DNA of 51,125 bases from the NCBI GenBank assembly GCA_029936195.1, contig JAPYUH010000004.1, forward strand, positions 1 to 51,125, read 5' to 3'. Positions 8,142 through 16,302 of the stretch are shown here, piece by piece (within the stretch, counting starts at the first letter, position 1; each line of letters opens with the position of its first letter). A model generated the notes under the pieces. The model was not told where the DNA came from and ran no database searches. It worked only from the letters and a program-made list of their open reading frames with translations. The stretch is from Alphaproteobacteria bacterium. Lineage in GTDB: Bacteria; Pseudomonadota; Alphaproteobacteria; GCA-2731375. The translations under genes were made by a program, and so were the position numbers.

Positions 8142-9219
8142 TGTGGACAGCCTGCCGGTTTCCGTAATTACGGGATTTCTCGGCAGCGGCAAGACCACGT
8201 TGCTGAACCGCCTCATCCAGCACCCCGACATGGCCAAGACCGCCGTGCTGATCAACGAATTTGGCGAGATCGGCATCGACAACATGCTGGTGGAACATGT
8301 GGACGACAACGTCGTGCTGATGTCCAGCGGCTGTTTGTGCTGCACCATCAAGAGCGACCTGGTGGACACCATGAAGGATTTGTACAAGCGCCGGGCGAAG
8401 CAGGAAATTCCCGATTTCGACCGCATGGTGATCGAGACCACGGGCCTGGCCGACCCCGCGCCCATCCTCCATACCCTGATGTCGGATCCATTCCTCATGG
8501 GCCGCTACCGCCTGGACGGGGTGATTTCCACAGCCGATGCCATGCTGGCCATGGGCACAATGGAGCAGCATCACGAGGCGGTGAAACAGGCCGCCGTGGC
8601 CGACCGCATTGTCGTGACCAAGGTCGACCTGGCCGATGACGCGGCCATTGGCGCCCTGGAAGCGCGCTTGCGCGATCTGAATCCCGCCGCCCACATCCAT
8701 CGGGCGGCCCAAGGCGAGATTGAGCCAAAATTGCTGTTCAACGCCGGCCTCTACGATCCCGAGACGAAAAGCCTGGATGTCCAGCGCTGGCTGCGGGCGG
8801 AGGCCTATGACGATGATCCCCATCATGCTCAAGGGCCCGAAAATGGGCACGACCATGATCATGCCCACCATCAAGACGTCAATCGCCACGATGATAAAAT
8901 CCAGGCCTATTGCGTCTATCTCGAAGAGCGGCTGCCCTGGGACCAGGTCGCCAGCTGGCTGGAGCTGCTGACCACCTATCGCGGCGACGATATCCTGCGC
9001 ATCAAGGGCATTCTGAACGTGGCGGAAAGCGAGACGCCGGTGGTGATCCACGGCGTCCAGCACATGTTCCACCCACCCGTGCAGCTTGATGCCTGGCCCG
9101 ACGACGATCACCGCTCCCGCATCGTCTTCATCACCCGCGATTTGGGCCGCGACGTGGTAGAAAATATGCTCTCCGCCTTGACCAAGAAACCAGGCGACGG
9201 CGCCATTCACGAAGCCTGA
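8128..9219 (+). CDS. COG0523-family (CobW/ZigA/YeiR-like) GTPase metallochaperone
   Basis: Contains a P-loop (GFLGSGKTTLLN), a GCLCCT metal motif and a His-rich tract (HHAQGPENGHDHDHAHHQD). It overlaps the upstream gene by 14 nt. Confidence 0.85.
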   Translation: MTKVDVDSLPVSVITGFLGSGKTTLLNRLIQHPDMAKTAVLINEFGEIGIDNMLVEHVDDNVVLMSSGCLCCTIKSDLVDTMKDLYKRRAKQEIPDFDRMVIETTGLADPAPILHTLMSDPFLMGRYRLDGVISTADAMLAMGTMEQHHEAVKQAAVADRIVVTKVDLADDAAIGALEARLRDLNPAAHIHRAAQGEIEPKLLFNAGLYDPETKSLDVQRWLRAEAYDDDPHHAQGPENGHDHDHAHHQDVNRHDDKIQAYCVYLEERLPWDQVASWLELLTTYRGDDILRIKGILNVAESETPVVIHGVQHMFHPPVQLDAWPDDDHRSRIVFITRDLGRDVVENMLSALTKKPGDGAIHEA

Positions 9220-9228
9220 CGATTTTCG

Positions 9229-9252
9229 TTGGGTTGGAAACGCTCCAACCAA
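9229..9252. terminator. Hairpin between convergent genes
   Basis: TTGG(G)TTGGA-aacgc-TCCAACCAA forms a 9-bp stem with one bulge. There is no clear downstream U-tract on either strand. Confidence 0.3.
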
Positions 9253-9278
9253 GTGATCCAGCGTAAGTAGGAAAAGCT

Positions 9279-10697
9279 CTAAACTTTCAACGGCGGCCGG
9301 CGCTTGTGCCACTCCGTGGCTTGTTCAAACGCGTCCGCCGCTTGCAGCAAGGTTGCCTCCTCGAACCAGCCGCCCAGCAGTTGCAGGCCGATGGGCAGGC
9401 CGTCCTCGGTAAAGCCGCATGGAATGGATATGGCCGGCTGCCCGGTGAAGCAGGCCAGGCGGGTCAACTGGCCCAGGACCCGCCAGCCGGTAACCTGCCT
9501 GTCGCCGACCATCATGGTGCCGGTCGCGATGGGGACCGGGGGGATTACCGTGGTGGGCATGGCCAGGATCGGCGTTTGTTCGAGGACGCCGGCCATCTCG
9601 GCCCTGGCCATGGTTTGGCACTGGCGCGCGCGGATGAAGTCCGTGGCGCTCAGGCCTTCGCCCAGGCGCAGGCGTTCGTTGACGTCCGGTGACAGCTCGT
9701 CGGCATGATCGCGCAGATGGCCCTCGTGCACCGTCATGGCCTCGGCCATGGCCATGGTGTTCCAGCCCCGCACCGCCTCGCGGTTAAAGGGCAGCACGGC
9801 CTCCTCCACCGATGCGCCGAGATCATCCAGCACGCGCAGGGCGGCCTGAACGGCGGCTTCGATTTCAGGATGCAGGCGGTCAAAGAAGAAATCACGGGGC
9901 ACGCCGATGCGCAGGCCGTCCAGGGGTTTGCCTAAATTCGCGGTGTAGTCGCCAACCCGGGCCTGGGCGGTGGAGGGATCGGCCGGGTCAACGCCGGCAA
10001 TAGCTTGCAGAACCAGGGCCGCATCGCGGACGGTTCTGGCCAGGGGGCCGCCGTGATCGAGGCTTTCACACAGGGGATAGATGCCGGCGCGGGAGGCCAG
10101 GCCATAGGTCTGTTTCAATCCCACCACGCCGCACAGGGCGGCGGGTATGCGGATGGAGCCGCCGGTATCGCTGCCCAGGGTGGCCATCGCCAGGGCGGCG
10201 GCGGTGGCGCAGCCCGAACCGGATGAAGAGCCGCCCGAGACCCTGGTTAGGTCCCAGGGGTTCAGGGCGGTGCCGACGATCGGGTTGATGCCCGTGGGGC
10301 CAAAGGCGAATTCATGCAGGTTCAACAGGCCGACCATGATGGCGCCCGCATCCCGCAGGCGGGCCACGGACGTCGCATCGGCATTGGCCACGCCCTCGTT
10401 GAGGATCCTGGAGCCGCAAGTACGCTCCATGCCGGCGACCTGGAACAGATCCTTCACCGCCATGGGAATGCCGTGCAGGGGGCCGCGATAGCTCCCGGCG
10501 GCGATCTCCGCCTCCGCCCCTTTCGCAGCCGCCAGGGCCATGTCGGGGTAAAGGGAGGTATAGGCGTTGAGGTCCGGGTTCAGGGCCGCGATGCGGTCCA
10601 GCTGGCTCTCCATCACTTCAAGAGGCGAAACCTCCCGCCCCTTGATCAGGGGCGCCAGGGCGGCGATATCCATGCAGGCCAGTTCCTGGCTTTTCAT
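9279..10697 (-). CDS. Amidase-signature (AS) family amidase
   Basis: 472-aa ORF with GIPMAVKD and the Gly/Ser-rich signature GGSSSGSGCATAA...GSDTGGSIRIPA. Its ATGA start overlaps the stop of the upstream membrane-protein gene. Confidence 0.85.
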   Translation of the reverse strand: MKSQELACMDIAALAPLIKGREVSPLEVMESQLDRIAALNPDLNAYTSLYPDMALAAAKGAEAEIAAGSYRGPLHGIPMAVKDLFQVAGMERTCGSRILNEGVANADATSVARLRDAGAIMVGLLNLHEFAFGPTGINPIVGTALNPWDLTRVSGGSSSGSGCATAAALAMATLGSDTGGSIRIPAALCGVVGLKQTYGLASRAGIYPLCESLDHGGPLARTVRDAALVLQAIAGVDPADPSTAQARVGDYTANLGKPLDGLRIGVPRDFFFDRLHPEIEAAVQAALRVLDDLGASVEEAVLPFNREAVRGWNTMAMAEAMTVHEGHLRDHADELSPDVNERLRLGEGLSATDFIRARQCQTMARAEMAGVLEQTPILAMPTTVIPPVPIATGTMMVGDRQVTGWRVLGQLTRLACFTGQPAISIPCGFTEDGLPIGLQLLGGWFEEATLLQAADAFEQATEWHKRRPPLKV

Positions 10698-11809
10698 ATG
10701 TCAGCCTCCGGCACGGCGACGATCAGCAGGATGCCGTAGATCGCCACGAACACGGCATCCTTGACGGCGCCCAGGCCATGCTTGTTCTCGCCGGCCTGAA
10801 GCAGGATGACGATGATTTCGAGCACGAAAGCGATAATGGCCAGGAAGAAGAACGGCCAGATGCTGCTCCACCAGGTCAACTCCGCCGACATGGAGACACC
10901 CTGCACCGCGCGCCAGATCAGCAACAAGAGGGGCAGGCCGATCAGGTAGAGGTGAGCGAGGAGAAAGCGGAGCCGCGTGAGGGTCCGGTCCAGAATCCAG
11001 AAGATCAGGAAGAACAGCGCCACATACAGCACATCCCAAAACATGGCGGAATATGCCTCGCCGCCGCCAAAATGGTGGAGGTTCACAAAGCCCAGGATCA
11101 GCAGGAACGTGACCGCGTCACAAAGCAGCCATTCGCGAAAATTCTCCGCCCCGCTTTTTACATTCCAGCCCCGCGCCGCCTTGTCGAACAGCAACACCAG
11201 GGCCACGGCAAGGCCGGCGGGATAAATCAGGTTCTGCACCACGAACAACTGGTCCGCCTTGGTCAGAAAGATCCAGTTCAACAGCAAAAAGGCGACCAGC
11301 AGGGCCAGCAATCCCAGCAACCGCACACCGGGGGCAGTCGCTTGCGTCGCAACTTCCTCCGCCGCGTTCGCTGCCGCCGCCGGCGTGACAACTGGCGTGA
11401 CAAGGCGTTCCGTGGGTGCCGCGGGTGCTGCCTGCGCCGGTGCGCCGGCGCCCTGGGGCGCGCCTTGGCGGGCGGCATGGACGATCAGATAGATGACGAA
11501 GCCGACCAGACCCAAGGCGACGACGATCAACATGATCACGAAGAAGGTTATGGCCCGGCCGTCGGCCCGCCAATCCGCCGCCTGGCCCAGCAGGCCGTCG
11601 GTGGAGAATTGCCAGACGCAAAGGATAATCACCACCACCACCAACAAGGCGGCCAAAAGGTATTGATACCACCGCCCCGCCAAACTGCCCGGATGGCTGC
11701 CCCGGGACTGCGCCATGGCGCGGCCGACCAGGAAAATCAGGAAGGCCAAGACACCGACGATGGCGATGCCGGCCATCACCTCGAGAAATATTACCGAACG
11801 ACTATCCAC
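10694..11809 (-). CDS. Polytopic membrane protein of unknown family
   Basis: 371-aa ORF. It has about 3 N-terminal hydrophobic helices, then an Ala/Pro-rich linker (QGAPQGAGAPAQAAPAAPTERLVTPVVTPAAAANAAEE), then about 6-7 further helices. I see no motif I can assign to a known transporter family. Confidence 0.6.
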   Translation of the reverse strand: MDSRSVIFLEVMAGIAIVGVLAFLIFLVGRAMAQSRGSHPGSLAGRWYQYLLAALLVVVVIILCVWQFSTDGLLGQAADWRADGRAITFFVIMLIVVALGLVGFVIYLIVHAARQGAPQGAGAPAQAAPAAPTERLVTPVVTPAAAANAAEEVATQATAPGVRLLGLLALLVAFLLLNWIFLTKADQLFVVQNLIYPAGLAVALVLLFDKAARGWNVKSGAENFREWLLCDAVTFLLILGFVNLHHFGGGEAYSAMFWDVLYVALFFLIFWILDRTLTRLRFLLAHLYLIGLPLLLLIWRAVQGVSMSAELTWWSSIWPFFFLAIIAFVLEIIVILLQAGENKHGLGAVKDAVFVAIYGILLIVAVPEADI

Positions 11810-11837
11810 TGGAAAATCCGGGCCCCCTCACCAATAC

Positions 11838-12485
11838 CTAAACTTCATTGCGCCCGCGCACGGTTTCGAGATATTCCAGCACATCGTCCAGAGTTACCAC
11901 GTCCGCATAACGCCGGCCCACATCCATCAGGTTGGCCCGATGGGGCCCATCCTCCACATCGCCGACGCAGTCCTCGGGCACGGCAACGCGGTAGCCATAG
12001 GAAAAGGCGTCAATGACCGATGCCCGGATACAGCCGGAGGTGTTGCAGCCCACCACGATCACCGTATCCACCCGCTCCTTGATGAAAAACTGCGTCACCG
12101 CCGTCTGGAAAAAGATCGACGGACCGGTTTTGCAAAACACCACGTCGTAATCGGGATCATAGATGCGCGGTTCAAGCTCGGTACAGGGATGGCCGTGATG
12201 AAATTCATTCACCACCGTGGGGATCTTCCAGTAGGGCGCGTCCCGAGAGGAGGAATAGGCCGTATAGCAGGTCGCCACGGGCACATTGGCGGCGCGGGCC
12301 ACCGCCAGCAATTTGGCGGTATTCTCCACCGCGCGTTCCACCAAGGGGCGGCCGCCCAGGGTGTATTTCGGATCGGTGAAGCCGGTCTGAAAATCCACCA
12401 CCGCGATGCCGGGCCGCTCGCCAAAGCCAATGTCAAGGGCGCCAAACCCTATATCTTTATAGCTATCGTCATGGGTGTCCGTCAT
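11838..12485 (-). CDS. Isochorismatase-like cysteine hydrolase, N-carbamoylsarcosine amidase-like
   Basis: 215-aa ORF with VVDFQTGFTDP, a Lys in VFCKTGPSIFF, and the nucleophile motif VIVVGCNTSGCIRASVIDA. ATGA overlap with the upstream gene. Confidence 0.75.
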   Translation of the reverse strand: MTDTHDDSYKDIGFGALDIGFGERPGIAVVDFQTGFTDPKYTLGGRPLVERAVENTAKLLAVARAANVPVATCYTAYSSSRDAPYWKIPTVVNEFHHGHPCTELEPRIYDPDYDVVFCKTGPSIFFQTAVTQFFIKERVDTVIVVGCNTSGCIRASVIDAFSYGYRVAVPEDCVGDVEDGPHRANLMDVGRRYADVVTLDDVLEYLETVRGRNEV

Positions 12486-13252
12486 GGCGTTAGGTCCTTT
12501 AGTGCCACGTCAAATCGATCCTTGAAGGCCTGGCGCAACTGAGCAAACCGCACGCCGACCCGGATCACCGAGAAATCACGAAAATCTATAATAGTCGAGG
12601 ATCGGCCCTGATGGTTAGCATATTGCGACAGACCGTAATCAAAGGCCACATCGGCGGCCTGGCGCACCACGTGGTCGACATCGCCCAGGCGGTACTTACT
12701 GCCCGACAGGGACAGATTGGCCGAGGAACCAAACACCGGCATGGACCGGTCCCCGGCCTGGCGGGCAATCTCGTCATGCATCTGACCCGCGTTCAACAGC
12801 ATATCCAGGGTCCCAGCCTTGGATGATGATTGCAGCACAAAGGGGTCCACATGAGCCAAAAGGGGATGGCCTTCGCGAAACGGCGCCACCACGGAAAACG
12901 GCAACCCGACCTGTTCCACCATCTCGCGCACCATGGCATGGCAATCATCCGTCATGATGTGCAGGGCGGCGGACATGGCGAAATTTCCGAACATGCCGCT
13001 GGGTTTCTCGTAGGAACGGCTCTTGGCATCAAAAATTCGGCGAATACCCTCGGGCGTGGCTGCCAGGATGGCGTAGGCCACGTCCAGGGGCGCGATGGCC
13101 ACGCCGCCCGCCGCCAACACGCCCATCAACCTGGCCACATCCGCTTGCAATTGGTCCGGCGGCACGGGGTCGTGGGTGCGCCGTTCCCCGGTTGTCGAGG
13201 GGGGCAATGGCGTCTCTCGGGGCGTCTCCGGCGGCGTCTCGGCCTCGGTCAT
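12482..13252 (-). CDS. Sua5/YciO/YrdC-domain protein with a Pro/Thr/Glu-rich N-terminal extension
   Basis: 256-aa ORF with YrdC-fold motifs: RRIFDAKSRSYEKP, SSANLSLSGS, SSTIIDF. The ATG immediately follows the upp TAA stop. Confidence 0.65.
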   Translation of the reverse strand: MTEAETPPETPRETPLPPSTTGERRTHDPVPPDQLQADVARLMGVLAAGGVAIAPLDVAYAILAATPEGIRRIFDAKSRSYEKPSGMFGNFAMSAALHIMTDDCHAMVREMVEQVGLPFSVVAPFREGHPLLAHVDPFVLQSSSKAGTLDMLLNAGQMHDEIARQAGDRSMPVFGSSANLSLSGSKYRLGDVDHVVRQAADVAFDYGLSQYANHQGRSSTIIDFRDFSVIRVGVRFAQLRQAFKDRFDVALKDLTP

Positions 13253-13888
13253 TTATTTGGTGCCGTACAGCCGGTCACCGGCATCGCCGAGGCCCGGCAG
13301 GATATAGCCGATATCGCTCAACTGCCGGTCAATGGACGCCGTCAAAATGGGCACGTCCGGGTGGGCGGTGGAGAATGCCTCGATCCCCTCGGGCGCGGAA
13401 ACCAGGGAAACAAATTTTATGCGCCGCGCGCCGGCCTCTTTCAGACGGGTAACGGCGGCGGCGGCGGAATTGCCCGTGGCCAGCATGGGATCGACCACGA
13501 TGACCTGGCGCTCGCCAATGGAATGGGGCAGTTTCAGGTAATATTCCACCGGCTTCAGGGTTTCATGATCCCGGTACATGCCGATATGCCCAACCCGGGC
13601 CGAGGGGATCAAATCCAGCATGCCTTCCAGAAGGCCGTTGCCGGCGCGCAGGATGGAGACCAGGCAGAGTTTCTTGCCGTCCAGTATGGGCGCCTCCATG
13701 ACCTCCAGCGGCGTCTCGATCCGCACATTCCTGACCGCCAGATCCCGCGTCGCCTCAAACGCCAGCAGCAAGGCAATCTCACCCAGCAATTGCCGGAATT
13801 CCGCCGTCGAGGTTTTCGTGCGCCGCAACAGGGTCAATTTGTGCTGGATCAAGGGATGATCCGCTACCGTCACATTCGCCGTCGCCAT
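13253..13888 (-). CDS. upp: Uracil phosphoribosyltransferase
   Basis: Trimmed to [22 protein letters not shown]. The PRPP motif [14 protein letters not shown] and the C-terminal [17 protein letters not shown] are present. An SD sequence GGGGGCGGA lies upstream. Confidence 0.92.
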   Translation of the reverse strand: MATANVTVADHPLIQHKLTLLRRTKTSTAEFRQLLGEIALLLAFEATRDLAVRNVRIETPLEVMEAPILDGKKLCLVSILRAGNGLLEGMLDLIPSARVGHIGMYRDHETLKPVEYYLKLPHSIGERQVIVVDPMLATGNSAAAAVTRLKEAGARRIKFVSLVSAPEGIEAFSTAHPDVPILTASIDRQLSDIGYILPGLGDAGDRLYGTK

Positions 13889-14070
13889 TTTTCCGCCCCC
13901 GGATTTGTTATCCGCATAGTGTAACCACAGGCGTGAAAAGCACATAGCCCATTTGCCATCTTTCAGCCCAATATGCGGAATAATCGGAGGAAAAATCCAT
14001 GACGGAAATTGGCTACCCCTAAAATTGGCGCGATATCCCGGCCGCAAACTGGTCCAAGACAATGCTGATG

Positions 14071-14106
14071 CCGGAACAATATCCGGAACAAATTCCGGAA
14101 CATTAT
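14071..14106. repeat. Three tandem 12-bp direct repeats with a conserved CCGGAACA core
   Basis: CCGGAACAATAT / CCGGAACAAATT / CCGGAACATTAT. They lie about 185-220 bp upstream of the upp start and just downstream of the orphan gene. Confidence 0.85.
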
Positions 14107-14171
14107 ACCGCCATGCGGGCCGAACGACTGTCCCGGGAAGCGGCGGCCATCATCGGCTGTTAGCCGGCCGG

Positions 14172-14669
14172 TTAATCTCGTTTGACAGGCCGCCATAGCT
14201 GCCGACCACGGTAATCCGCTCTGATGTTGGCAATAATACTGTCAAGCAATGGCACGAGCGTAGCATTGGCATATCGTCTAATCTCCGCTTTTTGTGCTTC
14301 ACTGATCGCGATACCGCGAATTCTAGTCGTACCTGGCAAGAAATTTAGCTTTCGGCGAAAAAAATTTATCTGGTCGGTTAAAGGATCGCCTTCTCGACCC
14401 TGACGACCCACGCGTTGCCATGCACCAAACGGCCTATCATCCAGTTTGATGTAATATTCATGCCGTGTGCGGCTGTCATCGATTGTGGAAAGTTGTTCCA
14501 ATTGCCGGCGGACATCTTCAAATGACTCTATGAGCCTTTCAACAACTCGTTTATTGGTGAAATAGTCAAAAAGCTTGGTCCCAATAATCGCAATGGCCGC
14601 GACGATACCGGTCCCTATCAAGAAGGCGGTCAAGGGAAATGCGACTATTTGCTGTGTCGGAACTTCCAT
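14172..14669 (-). CDS. Orphan membrane-anchored protein (one N-terminal TM helix), in a low-GC islet
   Basis: 165-aa ORF that stays open in AT-rich DNA, where random stops are frequent. It has the TM segment VAFPLTAFLIGTGIVAAIAIIGT followed by a charged soluble domain. No recognisable domain. Confidence 0.55.
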   Translation of the reverse strand: MEVPTQQIVAFPLTAFLIGTGIVAAIAIIGTKLFDYFTNKRVVERLIESFEDVRRQLEQLSTIDDSRTRHEYYIKLDDRPFGAWQRVGRQGREGDPLTDQINFFRRKLNFLPGTTRIRGIAISEAQKAEIRRYANATLVPLLDSIIANIRADYRGRQLWRPVKRD

Positions 14670-14704
14670 TGTGTCGCGGAACGGCGCAGATCACTCAGCA
14701 GCCG

Positions 14705-14791
14705 TTACGACCATCCTTGTAGACGATGCATACGGTAGATGATGTATGCGCCGACTTCAAACACCTGCTTATCTAAAATGACCCTGGCCAT
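14705..14791 (-). CDS. Possible 28-aa small ORF upstream of the orphan gene
   Basis: Manual translation gives MARVILDKQVFEVGAYIIYRMHRLQGWS. A GGGAG sequence lies 7 nt upstream of the ATG. The ORF ends 35 nt before the 165-aa ORF start. It could easily be chance. Confidence 0.2.
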   Translation of the reverse strand: MARVILDKQVFEVGAYIIYRMHRLQGWS

Positions 14792-15027
14792 GCAATCGCT
14801 CCCGCCTAGAATATGCGCAGCATTTAAGTAATACAAAGTAATGCTTGGGCAAAAACCAGGTCAAGTGATTTATTTTTCCCTTTTAAAAACAATAACTTAT
14901 AGATTTCAGTTTAATCCGTGCGCCTTAACAAAATTGCCAGGCAATACCAGGACCGCATGGGTTTTTTTGCATCTATATCCAGGAGGCCGATCCGGATGGC
15001 GGCGGGCGGATTAATAAAGCAAAAAAC

Positions 15028-16134
15028 CTAGCCCACGGCCGCGTGTAGCCTGCGGATCTCCGCCGTGACGTGGGCGGCGATGCGTTCCTCGGCTAGTTGA
15101 TCGGCAATTTCGTTGGTGGGCCGGCCTTCGCGCCCGGCGCGTTGGAAGATCTCCGCCAGGGTGCCGTGGATCCGGGCGCAGTGGTTCATGGCCGCGTCCC
15201 GGTCGTAGGTCCGCCCCTCGTGAGAGATGTTGATGATGCCGCCCGCATTAATCACATAGTCGGGCGCATACAAGATACCGCGGGCGGCCATGGCGCGGCC
15301 ATGGCGGTCTTCGGCCAGTTGATTGTTCGCCGAACCGGCCACAGCGCGGACCGACAAGCGCGAAATGGTGTCGTCGTTCAACACCGCGCCCATGGCGTTG
15401 GGCGCAAAAATATCCGCCGGCACGTCGTAAATGGCGTCCACCGCCACCACATTGGCACCCAGGTTTGATTTGGCCCAGCGCAGGCGGCTCTCGTCCAGGT
15501 CGGCAACGGTCAGGACCGCGCCGGCCTCGGCCAGGTGTTCCGCCAGATAGCCGCCCACATGGCCCAGTCCCTGAACGGCGACGTGCACGCCGTGCAGCTC
15601 ATTGCGGCCCAATGCCGCCAATCCGGCCGCCTTCAGGCCATGAAACACGCCCCAGGCGGTTGCTGGCGAGGGGTCTCCGTCCCCGGCACCGCCATCGGCC
15701 ACGCCGGCCACATAGGGCGTGACGCCATGCACGATTTCCAGATCAAGGGGCGATGTGCCCACGTCCTCGGCCGTGATGTAACGGCCCCCCAGGCTATCAA
15801 CGAAACGGCCAAAGGCCTGAAACCGCGCCCGGGTCATGCCGCCGCCCGCCCCGGAGTCATTTGGGTCGTCATTTGCGGGCGCCATGATCACCGCCTTGCC
15901 GCCGCCAAATGCCAGATTGGCCAGGGCCGCCTTGTAGGTCATGCCGCGGGATAGGCGCAGGGCGTCCTCCAACGCCGCCTCGTCATTGTCATAGTGCCAA
16001 TAGCGGCAGCCGCCCAGTGCCGGGCCCAGGGTGGTGTCATGAATGGCAATGATGGCGCGCAGGCCGCTGGCGGGGTCTTGATGGAACAGAACCTGTTCGT
16101 GATTACGGAAACTTTTGGCGGTGAAGACGGACAT
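15028..16134 (-). CDS. Glu/Leu/Phe/Val dehydrogenase family, leucine/valine dehydrogenase-like
   Basis: 368-aa ORF with GPALGGCRYW, the catalytic-Lys region GGGKAVI, and the Rossmann motif VQGLGHVGGYLA. Confidence 0.85.
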   Translation of the reverse strand: MSVFTAKSFRNHEQVLFHQDPASGLRAIIAIHDTTLGPALGGCRYWHYDNDEAALEDALRLSRGMTYKAALANLAFGGGKAVIMAPANDDPNDSGAGGGMTRARFQAFGRFVDSLGGRYITAEDVGTSPLDLEIVHGVTPYVAGVADGGAGDGDPSPATAWGVFHGLKAAGLAALGRNELHGVHVAVQGLGHVGGYLAEHLAEAGAVLTVADLDESRLRWAKSNLGANVVAVDAIYDVPADIFAPNAMGAVLNDDTISRLSVRAVAGSANNQLAEDRHGRAMAARGILYAPDYVINAGGIINISHEGRTYDRDAAMNHCARIHGTLAEIFQRAGREGRPTNEIADQLAEERIAAHVTAEIRRLHAAVG

Positions 16135-16302
16135 TTTTCAATTTCCTGAATAGACCGGAACACGGACTATATTTCATAGGAAAATCATTAAATTTCAATT
16201 AGTTAAACAGTCATTGCCGAAATTCGCCAGATTGTTTCGCGCCCCACGCCGACACAGAATCTTTATTGCGCCGCGCCATGATTATGTGAAATTATCCGTC
16301 GC

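Noticed and set aside
8800-8890. The His-rich tract in the COG0523 protein, and the Ala/Pro-rich linker at about 11350-11470, as unusual repeats.
   Set aside because: His-rich inserts are a normal feature of COG0523 metallochaperones. The Ala/Pro stretch is ordinary low-complexity linker sequence in high-GC genomes.
8104-9312. Long antisense or shadow ORFs of 300-470 aa. They include 8104..9312(-), 10778..12016(+), 12830..13924(+), 18885..19979(+), 19895..21313(-), 24710..25867(-), 27691..29094(-), 30073..31149(-), 36494..37780(+), 38203..39324(+), 40240..41355(-), 44142..45149(-) and 48241..49335(-).
   Set aside because: Each lies opposite or across a gene with strong family motifs. Their translations are Arg/Gly/Ala/Pro/His-rich and low in complexity, with no recognisable domains. 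This is the usual artefact of high-GC DNA, where stop codons are rare in non-coding frames.
13999-14022. A 7-codon micro-ORF (MTEIGYP) on the plus strand with a good GGAGG-N8-ATG.
   Set aside because: It is on the opposite strand to upp, with no downstream plus-strand gene for it to regulate. It is too short to evaluate and is probably coincidental.
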